Assembly: GCA_039190745.1 (NCBI GenBank) | Contig: JBCCXZ010000057.1 | Span: 1-26,573 of the forward strand | Reading direction: 5' to 3' | Length of the DNA stretch: 26,573 bases | Origin: Planctomycetota bacterium | Lineage (GTDB): Bacteria; Planctomycetota; Planctomycetia; Pirellulales; Lacipirellulaceae | In this document: positions 18,185 through 25,392 of the stretch, in pieces | Layout of the letters: the number at the start of each line of letters is the position of its first letter | How positions within the stretch are numbered: position 1 is the stretch's first letter | Notes under the pieces: generated by a model | What the model was told of the DNA's origin: nothing | The model's input: the letters and a program-made list of their open reading frames with translations, nothing else | Databases searched by the model: none | Position numbers and translations under genes: made by a program

Positions 18185-18227
18185 CCGCGCACCGGAATCA
18201 ACCCCTCGTCTCAGGTCTATCGAATAG

Positions 18228-19364
18228 ATGCAGATCAAAACCTTCCGCGCCAAGACGATGCAGCAGGCGCTCGATCAGGTCCGCAGCGAGCTGGGCCCCG
18301 AAGCCACGGTACTTCACACCCGCGAGCTGAACACGGGCCTGGTGAGTTGGTTGTTCCGCGGCCGCGAGATCGAAGTCGCCGCTTCGTGCACTACTTCGGC
18401 ACCGGCTCAACAGCCGAGAGCGGCGGCAGCCCAAGCTTACGCGACCGCGGCGGGGCAGGGGGTCGAGACCGACTTCAGCCCGGTTGCTATGGCCGAGCCC
18501 AACGCAGATTTGGAAATCGAGCTACCCGTCAAAGCCGAGCAACCCGCCGGCCTCCGTATCGCACCGGAATACGACGTGCCGGTAGAACAAGAACCCGACC
18601 TATTCGGCGTTTACGCCGACTTGGTCGAAGCCGAGCTCGACGAGCAGCACGCCGCCGCGCTGGTCGAACGCCTCGGATCCTCAGGCCACCTCACTCCTGC
18701 CACGATCCAGGAGCGGCTCGTCGACGTGCTCGCCGACGAGCTGCCTGCCGCCGGTCCGATCCGCACCGGCGATCGTCGATGCGTCGCCGCGTTGGTCGGC
18801 CCGACCGGCGTCGGAAAGACGACCACCATTGCTAAGCTCGCCGCCAACTTCCGCCTCCGCGAGGGGCTTAGCGTCGGTCTGATCACCGTCGACACCTACC
18901 GCATTGCTGCCGTCGAGCAGCTCCGCACTTACGCCGATATTATCGAGTTGCCGATGGAGGTCGTCGCCTCGCCCCGCGAGATGCGCGAGGCGCTCGACCG
19001 CATGCAGGACCTCGACCTCGTGCTGATGGACACCGCGGGCCGCAGCCCGAAAGACGAGGTGCGGATCCAGGAACTCAAGGCGCTGCTCGCCGAAGCCGAG
19101 CCCGACGAGGTGCACCTCGTGCTCAGCGCCACTGCCAGCCTGCGGGGTCTTAAGACGACCGCCGAGCGGTTCTCGTCGGTCGGGGTTTCGTCGCTGCTGA
19201 TGACCAAGCTCGACGAGGCAACCGGCCTCGGCCAGATCGCCGGCCTCACGGCCGCGTCCGGTCTGCCGATCAGCTACCTCACCGACGGGCAGAACGTGCC
19301 GGACGACATCGAGGCCGCCGAATCCCGCGCCCTCGCCCAACGCATCCTGCAGGTCAACGACTGA
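18228..19364 (+). CDS. flhF: Flagellar SRP-type GTPase FlhF
   Basis: MQIKTFRAKTMQQAL N-terminus; GPTGVGKTTT, DTYRIAA, DTAGRS, TKLDE and GQNVPDDI. Confidence 0.96.
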   Translation: MQIKTFRAKTMQQALDQVRSELGPEATVLHTRELNTGLVSWLFRGREIEVAASCTTSAPAQQPRAAAAQAYATAAGQGVETDFSPVAMAEPNADLEIELPVKAEQPAGLRIAPEYDVPVEQEPDLFGVYADLVEAELDEQHAAALVERLGSSGHLTPATIQERLVDVLADELPAAGPIRTGDRRCVAALVGPTGVGKTTTIAKLAANFRLREGLSVGLITVDTYRIAAVEQLRTYADIIELPMEVVASPREMREALDRMQDLDLVLMDTAGRSPKDEVRIQELKALLAEAEPDEVHLVLSATASLRGLKTTAERFSSVGVSSLLMTKLDEATGLGQIAGLTAASGLPISYLTDGQNVPDDIEAAESRALAQRILQVND

Positions 19365-19371
19365 GGCGCGC

Positions 19372-20241
19372 ATGTTTGACCAAGCCAACAGACTCCGCAA
19401 ACTGGTCCGTTCGACGCTGCAGTCGACGCCGGCACTACGCCCCGGCCCGCCGTTGGTGGTGCTCACCTCGGGCGAATCCGGCGCGGGCGTCTCGACCCTC
19501 GCGGCGCAGCTCGCCGAGGAGATCGCCGCGGTCGGCAAGCAGGTCGTGCTCGTCGACGCCAACCTGCAACGGCCCAAGCTCGGTGAACTCCTCGGAGTCG
19601 ACCCCAAAGCCGGCCTCATCGAAGCGCTCGCGGGCCGCAAGACCGTCGTCGAAGCACTTGAGTCATTCGCCGACGGGGGCCGGTTGCTTGCGGCCGGCGG
19701 CGGCCCCCGCCGTGCCCCCGACCTGCAGGGCAACGCCGTCGAAGAAACCATCCAGCAGCTCCAGGCCCTGCACACCAAAGCCGACGTCGTGCTCGTCGAC
19801 GCCGGGAGCGGAGCCAGCCCCTGGGCGGAACGCTTTTTCAGAGCGGCTAGCCAACTGCTGATCGTCACAACAACAGAGAAAGACGCGATCCTCGCCGCCT
19901 ACGGCATGCTCAAGTCGCTCGATCGCGGCCGGGCCGCCGCCAAGTCGCGGCTTGTGCTCAACCGCGTGCAAGACAACGCCCTAGCCGAGCGGGTGGCGGA
20001 CAAGTTCCTCTCCACGTGCGGTTACTTCTTAGAGCTGGCCGAGATGCCGGTTTCGATCGTCTCTCAACGCAGCGCCGAAGACGACCGCCGCTTCCGCGAC
20101 GACGCGTCGCTGCTCGCCGCCAAGCTGCTTCGGCACGCGACCGCCGAGTTGCGTCGTCGGTCGCGCAACGCCGCAGCCGATGACGACCAAAAGAAATCCG
20201 CACGACTCGAAGAATCCTCTCAACCCGTAGCCGCCAGATGA
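19372..20241 (+). CDS. flhG: FlhG/FleN (MinD-like) protein with a degenerate Walker A
   Basis: Directly after flhF; N-terminal DQANRLR; MinD-like VVLVDAN, VLVDAGSG and LVLNRV; P-loop reads SGESGAGVST. Confidence 0.8.
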   Translation: MFDQANRLRKLVRSTLQSTPALRPGPPLVVLTSGESGAGVSTLAAQLAEEIAAVGKQVVLVDANLQRPKLGELLGVDPKAGLIEALAGRKTVVEALESFADGGRLLAAGGGPRRAPDLQGNAVEETIQQLQALHTKADVVLVDAGSGASPWAERFFRAASQLLIVTTTEKDAILAAYGMLKSLDRGRAAAKSRLVLNRVQDNALAERVADKFLSTCGYFLELAEMPVSIVSQRSAEDDRRFRDDASLLAAKLLRHATAELRRRSRNAAADDDQKKSARLEESSQPVAAR

Positions 20242-20247
20242 CGATAA
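20220..20247 (+). promoter_or_regulatory. Possible sigma28-type promoter upstream of the small membrane gene and fliA
   Basis: TCAA-N16-GACGATAA versus the consensus TAAA-N15-GCCGATAA. Confidence 0.3.
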
Positions 20248-20328
20248 AGACTGACAGCCCCCTCGTTCGCGGCGGTGCGTCAAGATGGCGCGGCTGCGGC
20301 GAGTTTGACACGCAGCCGGGTAATACTC

Positions 20329-20568
20329 TTGGCTCGAACTTATGCCGTCGTGCTCGCCCTGACCGCGATGCTTGTGCTGTTTGCCCGTGGGCTCCGGCAT
20401 GGCTCCGGTTTCGAGGGCACCGTGGCGGGGTCGCTGGCGTGGGTCGCCGTGTTCGGCGTGATGGGAGCGATCGTCGGTGCGATCGCTCAGCAAACCGTCG
20501 ACGAGTCGGTCCGCCTGCAGTTTGAACGAGAGGTCGCCGCTAGCGGGGACAACAGCCCGGCCGGTTAG
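20329..20568 (+). CDS. Small membrane protein (two predicted TM helices) between flhG and fliA
   Basis: Hydrophobic segments YAVVLALTAMLVLFA and SLAWVAVFGVMGAIVGAIA with a charged tail. Start chosen at TTG 20329; the ORF is open from 20275. Confidence 0.65.
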   Translation: MARTYAVVLALTAMLVLFARGLRHGSGFEGTVAGSLAWVAVFGVMGAIVGAIAQQTVDESVRLQFEREVAASGDNSPAG

Positions 20569-20687
20569 CCAGCCGGGGAAGCCGCCCCTAACCAGGGCAG
20601 CGCCAACGGACACACGAGAACGGATTCTCGGAAGAAACAACCCTCGGCCGCTCACAGGCGACCGGGGAGTGCATCACGGAGGATTGC

Positions 20688-21476
20688 ATGGCCACGACCG
20701 TTGCGGCTGATCAGGACGAGATCCTAGAAGTCTGGCAAGAGTACCAGAAGGACCAAACACGGCGCGACCTCCGCAACCGGCTCGTCGAACGCTACCTCCC
20801 GTTGGTCAAGTACAACGGCGAACGCATCTGGTCCAGGCTCCCCGATGGGGTCGAGCTGGACGACCTCATCTCGGCCGGCGTCTTCGGCCTGATGGACGCG
20901 ATCAACGCCTTCGACATGAGCCGCGGCGTCAAGTTCGAGACTTACTGCGTCCCCCGCATCCGGGGCGCTATGCTCGACGAGCTCCGCACCATGGACTGGG
21001 TCCCCCGGCTGGTCCGCAGCAAGGCCAGCAAGCTGAACGAGGCCGTCAAAACGCTGGAGACCCGCATGGGCCGGGCGCCCACCGAGGTCGAGCTCGCCGC
21101 CCACATGGAGATGACCGTCCCCGAGCTGGAGAAGATGATCCAGGACGCCAACGCGGTCGGCCTGATCAGCCTCAATAAGAAGTGGTACGAGACCGACAGC
21201 TACAAAGACGTCCGCGAGATCGACATCCTCGAGGACAAGAAGGGCGAGGACCCCACCCGGCGGATCCAGAAGTCCGACCTCATGAAGCTCGTCACGCGGG
21301 GCCTCAACCGCAACGAGCGGCTCATCATCATCCTCTATTACTACGAGGAGATGAGGATGAAGGAGATCGGCTCGACGCTCGACCTGAGCGAGAGCCGCGT
21401 CAGCCAGATGCACAGTGCGATTGTCCAGCGTCTGCAGTGCCAGCTCGGCAAACGCCGCCCTGAATTCGGCACCTGA
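20688..21476 (+). CDS. fliA: FliA/WhiG-family RNA polymerase sigma factor (sigma28)
   Basis: DDLISAGVFGLMDAI, FETYCVPRIRGAMLDELRTMDWVPR and LSESRVSQMH; GGAGG RBS. Confidence 0.95.
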   Translation: MATTVAADQDEILEVWQEYQKDQTRRDLRNRLVERYLPLVKYNGERIWSRLPDGVELDDLISAGVFGLMDAINAFDMSRGVKFETYCVPRIRGAMLDELRTMDWVPRLVRSKASKLNEAVKTLETRMGRAPTEVELAAHMEMTVPELEKMIQDANAVGLISLNKKWYETDSYKDVREIDILEDKKGEDPTRRIQKSDLMKLVTRGLNRNERLIIILYYYEEMRMKEIGSTLDLSESRVSQMHSAIVQRLQCQLGKRRPEFGT

Positions 21477-21529
21477 GGCACTTCGCCGCAGCAGAATCGC
21501 CCACCGCGTTCAATTTAGACGCCTTTTCT

Positions 21530-21558
21530 AGCCGCCGACCTATGCGTCGGCGGCTTTT
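21530..21558 (+). terminator. Candidate intrinsic terminator after fliA
   Basis: 10-bp perfect stem AGCCGCCGAC/GTCGGCGGCT, 6-nt loop, short T run. Confidence 0.6.
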
Positions 21559-21648
21559 AGTTGCGCGCTGTACAGACCTCACACCCGCTGCCAGGAGACG
21601 CAGAACGACCACAGTGTCGCCCGCAGTGCCGTTCGGCACGCTCTTCGC

Positions 21649-21677
21649 TTGACTTGCGCACCGAGCGACGGTGCAAT
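21649..21677 (+). promoter_or_regulatory. Candidate sigma70 promoter of the prepilin-like gene
   Basis: TTGACT-N17-TGCAAT, with a GCACCG-N5-CGGTGC inverted repeat across the spacer and -10. Confidence 0.4.
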
Positions 21678-21779
21678 AGAAGTATCTGGCGACGCCCTCA
21701 GGGGTTTCGGCGTCGCCCCCGGGACGCTCAACTTCTCCCGCTGCCCGCTCGCAGCAGCGTCCCACACACGAAAATCAAC

Positions 21780-23522
21780 ATGACAGACAAACCCGCACAG
21801 AAACACATAGTGCTCGTCATTCGTCATTCGTCATTCACTTTTCGTCATTCCCGACAGGGCCTGACGTTGGTCGAGATGCTCGTCGCCATGGCGGTGACGC
21901 TCCTGATGATGGGCGCGGTGGTGAATCTGTTCGCCAACGTCAGCGCCAGCGTTAACAACAACACCGCCAAAATGGAGCAGAGCGCCCGGCTCCGCACCGC
22001 CCGCCAGGTGCTCGAGAACGATCTCGCCGGAGCCACCTGCCCGCCGTACCCGTGGCGCGAGCCCGGCGAGGACGTCGGCTATTTCGAGATCGTCGAGGGC
22101 GTCCACTCCGAGAGCAACCCTTCCTTCTGGGTCCGCGACCTGAACAACGACGGCCAGCTGCTCCAAAACGACGACGTCGACCTTGCGAACGGGACCACGC
22201 TCGACCCGGCGACGTCGATCCTGCCGCGGAACAACTTGGTCCGCGACTACGACGGCAACGGTGCGGTCGACGACAGCGACCGTCAGGCCCACTTCCAGCA
22301 CCCGAACAGTCTCCGCCCCGGCGGCATCGTCGACTACGACGACATCCTATCGATGACCGTCCGCAGCGAGGACAAGCCCTTTGTCGGCCGGGCCATCGTC
22401 GAGACGCCGCCCGAGTCTGGTACGTTCAATACGGTCACGATCGAATCGGACCTTGCCGAGGTTATTTGGTACGCGGTTGAGAATCCGCCCGACAATTCCC
22501 TTGGCGAGCCGGGTATGCGGACCATCTACCGCAGGGTTTTACTGATCGCCCCGTGGCTCCCCGAAGTCGACCTCAGGGGCGTTGGTTACGGCGGGCTCAG
22601 TGAAACACTGGCCTCCAGGCCAATAAGCTTCTTTGGCCGGTTCGATGTCTCCGCTCGATACGTCGGAGAACCTGCGACTGATGGACGGTGGGTGCCCAAT
22701 ACCCTCGGCGACCTCACAAAACGCGAAAACCGATTCGCCCACGCCGGCTCGTACCCGCCGCTCTTCATCGATCGGAACTGGAGCGCAACGCGTAACTACC
22801 CGCACGCCATTGACGAATCCGCGATACGCTTCATCATCAACCCCCAGGATCAGGTTGCGGCAGAAGACATCAATTCGATCTCGCCGCTGCGGCCCTTCGC
22901 CCCCGTACCCGGCTCCGGTCTTCCAGACCGCACCGGCCAGGACGTCATGCTCGGCGACGTGCTGACGTGGGACTTGCGCGTTTACGACCCCGGCGCCCCG
23001 CTCATCCCAAACACCGCCGGTACCGCCGTCCTTGAGCCTAGCGACCCGGGTTGGCGACTCCTCCCTCCGAACCAAAACCCAGTGGGCTACGGGGCCTTCG
23101 TCGACCTCGGCTGGAACTACTCCGGACCGGGCGTTGCTTTGCTCACATGGAACCCTATCGCAGGTGAGCCTAGATTGCTGTTTGCCGACGCACACCGCGT
23201 TGCTTGGCACCCAGCCCGGCCGACGGCGCCTGGCACGTTGGGTTACCCCGCCGTCTTCGATGCTTGGTCTCTACACTACGAACGGGATAACCTCGATCAA
23301 GACAACGACGAAACAACCTCAAACACACCGCGGCAGATCGACGAAGGCATCAACGGCTTCGATGACGACAACGCCAACGGCGTCGACGACATCCTCGAGC
23401 GCGAAACCGCCCCGCCGTACGACACGCCCCTCCGCGGGATGCAGGCCCGCATCCGCATTTACGAACGCAACGCACGCAGCATCCGCTCAGCGACGGTCAC
23501 CAAAAACTTCGTTCCCGAGTAG
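21780..23522 (+). CDS. Large prepilin-type N-terminal cleavage/methylation protein (PulJ/PilW-like pseudopilin)
   Basis: Class III signal RQG|LTLVEMLVAMAVTLLMMGAVVNLF (E+5), then ..ARQVLENDLAGAT; Asp-rich Ca-binding-like loops; ATG 21780. Confidence 0.88.
   Translation: MTDKPAQKHIVLVIRHSSFTFRHSRQGLTLVEMLVAMAVTLLMMGAVVNLFANVSASVNNNTAKMEQSARLRTARQVLENDLAGATCPPYPWREPGEDVGYFEIVEGVHSESNPSFWVRDLNNDGQLLQNDDVDLANGTTLDPATSILPRNNLVRDYDGNGAVDDSDRQAHFQHPNSLRPGGIVDYDDILSMTVRSEDKPFVGRAIVETPPESGTFNTVTIESDLAEVIWYAVENPPDNSLGEPGMRTIYRRVLLIAPWLPEVDLRGVGYGGLSETLASRPISFFGRFDVSARYVGEPATDGRWVPNTLGDLTKRENRFAHAGSYPPLFIDRNWSATRNYPHAIDESAIRFIINPQDQVAAEDINSISPLRPFAPVPGSGLPDRTGQDVMLGDVLTWDLRVYDPGAPLIPNTAGTAVLEPSDPGWRLLPPNQNPVGYGAFVDLGWNYSGPGVALLTWNPIAGEPRLLFADAHRVAWHPARPTAPGTLGYPAVFDAWSLHYERDNLDQDNDETTSNTPRQIDEGINGFDDDNANGVDDILERETAPPYDTPLRGMQARIRIYERNARSIRSATVTKNFVPE
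21814..21850 (+). repeat. Heptamer tandem repeat (TCGTCAT) in the prepilin leader
   Basis: TCGTCAT x3, TCACTTT, TCGTCAT, TC; encodes LVIRHSSFTFRHS. Confidence 0.9.
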
Positions 23523-23542
23523 GCGGAGCGCCGCTGAACGCC

Positions 23543-23842
23543 GTGCACACGATCCGCCTCCGTGACCCCTGGGACTACTCTCCAGCAGAAGCCGGCGGCA
23601 CTTGGTCGCGCAAGTTTAAATGGCCCGCCGGCCCGGTCGGCGGAGCCGTTGTCACACTGGTGCTCGACCCCGCAACCGATACGGCCACGGTAACCATCAA
23701 CGGCCAAGCCGTCGCCGAAAGCCGGCCGGGCAGGTACGATATCTCCCGAACCTTGGCGGACCGCAACGAGGCCCGTGTCGCCTCCGAGGCGTTCTCACCC
23801 GCCGTCCGACCGTTCGAGGCCAGGCTGGAGATCGAAGAGTGA
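23543..23842 (+). CDS. Small hypothetical protein resembling a stand-alone GH2-type sugar-binding beta-sandwich fragment
   Basis: GTG with GGAG upstream; IRLRDPW, RKFKWP, VTINGQ and YDISRTLADRNE pattern; stop overlaps the next start (GTGA). Confidence 0.65.
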   Translation: MHTIRLRDPWDYSPAEAGGTWSRKFKWPAGPVGGAVVTLVLDPATDTATVTINGQAVAESRPGRYDISRTLADRNEARVASEAFSPAVRPFEARLEIEE

Positions 23843-25047
23843 ACCCCTACGGGAAGGCGGCACTGATTGCGGGATGTCTCACCGTCGCGCTCAGCCACGT
23901 CGGCTCCCTCAGAGCCGCGAGCACCAGCAAGCCGGCCGCCCCGCTCACGGCAGAGCAACTCGCCGAGGGCTGGATCGCACTGTTCGACGGCGAAACCCTC
24001 TTCGGCTGGGAACCGGTGCATAAGGCAGATTGGCGCGTGGAGAACGGCGAGATTCATGCCACAGCTGGCGAAGAGAGCTGGCTGATGACCACCGCCGAGT
24101 TCGCGGACTTTGAGCTCTACCTGGAATACAAAGCCCCGGCAGACACGAACAGCGGCGTCTTTTTCCGCACGGCCGTTCCGCCGACCAATCCGCGCTCTGA
24201 CTGCTACGAGGTAAACATCGCCCCGCAGCCGCACCCGTTCCCCACCGGCTCGCTCGTCGAGAGACAGCAAGCCGACATCGTGGTCGCCGATCGCGAGGCT
24301 TGGCATTCCATCAGCATCACCGCGCGCGGGCCTGCGGTGGCCATCGCCCACGACGGAGAAGTAACCGTCGAACATACCGACAATTCCGGTCCGCACCGCG
24401 GCAGGATCGGGCTGCAGTTCCGCGAGGGGCCGATCGCTTTCCGCAACGTCCGCTTGCGCCCTCTCAAAACACAGCCGCTCTTCAACGGCCGTGATCTGAC
24501 AGGCTGGAACACCGACCGCGCTGACGAGAGTCGGTTCGAGGTCACGCCCGGGGGCGAGCTCCGCGTGCTCGACGGCCGCGGGCAGCTCGAATCGGAGGGC
24601 TCCTACGGCGACTTCGCTTTGCAGCTGGAGTGCTTCGTCGACGGCGACGTCCTCAACAGCGGAGTCTTCTACCGCTGCATCCCCCGCGACTTCATGATGG
24701 GCTACGAGAGCCAGATCCATAACGGCGTGGTCGATGGCGACCCCGCACACCCCGTCGACTGCGGCACCGGCGGCATCTTCCTTCGGCAGGACGCTCGCCG
24801 TGTCGTTGCCCGCGACCGAGAGTGGTTTACCAAGACCATCGTCGCAACCGGCCCGCACACAGCGGTATGGGTCAACGGCTACCAGGTCTCCGACTGGACC
24901 GACACCCGCCCCCCCGATGAAAACCCCCGCCGCGGCCTCCGTACCGAACCCGGCACGATCGCCATCCAGGGCCACGACCCTACGACCGACATCCGCTTCC
25001 GCAAACTCCGCATCGCCGAGTATCCTTCGCTAGCTGAGGGTGATTGA
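23839..25047 (+). CDS. Secreted tandem DUF1080 (3-keto-disaccharide hydrolase-like) protein
   Basis: Two repeats of LF(D/N)G..L.GW, DF.L.LE, NSGVF.R, YE..I, G.I.(L/I)Q and FR.(V/L)R; signal peptide. Confidence 0.9.
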   Translation: MNPYGKAALIAGCLTVALSHVGSLRAASTSKPAAPLTAEQLAEGWIALFDGETLFGWEPVHKADWRVENGEIHATAGEESWLMTTAEFADFELYLEYKAPADTNSGVFFRTAVPPTNPRSDCYEVNIAPQPHPFPTGSLVERQQADIVVADREAWHSISITARGPAVAIAHDGEVTVEHTDNSGPHRGRIGLQFREGPIAFRNVRLRPLKTQPLFNGRDLTGWNTDRADESRFEVTPGGELRVLDGRGQLESEGSYGDFALQLECFVDGDVLNSGVFYRCIPRDFMMGYESQIHNGVVDGDPAHPVDCGTGGIFLRQDARRVVARDREWFTKTIVATGPHTAVWVNGYQVSDWTDTRPPDENPRRGLRTEPGTIAIQGHDPTTDIRFRKLRIAEYPSLAEGD

Positions 25048-25050
25048 AGT

Positions 25051-25276
25051 GAAGGAGATGGGGGGATGGATGGAGATACGGGGGATGACTTTTCGCTCAT
25101 GCAGAGCCACTTAACTAAGAAGGGATGCTATTCCAGATAGATTCATTCAGGAGAAAGCCTCCTGTTCCCTGTCTCCTGTCTCCGGCTGCACCAAACAGAA
25201 CGCGGCAGTCGAAATCTGAGAGTTCGCCCCACAATAGACCATCTCCTTAACCCCCAACCATCCCCCCATCTCCTTC
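25051..25276. repeat. 226-bp intergenic element bounded by a perfect 19-bp inverted repeat
   Basis: GAAGGAGATGGGGGGATGG (25051..25069) and CCATCCCCCCATCTCCTTC (25258..25276); internal CCTGTCT-type heptamers at 25161..25183. Confidence 0.8.
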
Positions 25277-25279
25277 GTC

Positions 25280-25327
25280 TGAATCGATTCACATCCCATT
25301 GCCAGCCCCGCGCACGCGAACCACAAT
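25280..25327 (+). promoter_or_regulatory. Candidate argG promoter with upstream palindrome
   Basis: TGAATCGATTCA (25280..25291), then TTGCCA-N17-CACAAT (25299..25327). Confidence 0.4.
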
Positions 25328-25392
25328 GCCCCCTCGCCCGTCCTGACGGCGAAACCGTTTCTCTCGCGCCACCCCTTGCAGCGGTCCCCCCC

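Noticed and set aside
16229..18253. 674-aa minus-strand ORF (similarly 18681..19868, 20724..21413, 23575..24975)
   Set aside because: Antisense shadows of flhA, flhF, fliA and the DUF1080 gene caused by high-GC codon bias; no recognisable motifs.
20305..20329. Perfect TTGACA before the small membrane gene
   Set aside because: No -10 hexamer at 16-18 bp spacing.
21715..21740. GGGACGC resembling part of a c-di-GMP-I riboswitch
   Set aside because: Lacks the GCAAA continuation, the upstream GGCAAAC/GNRA stem and the P3 receptor.
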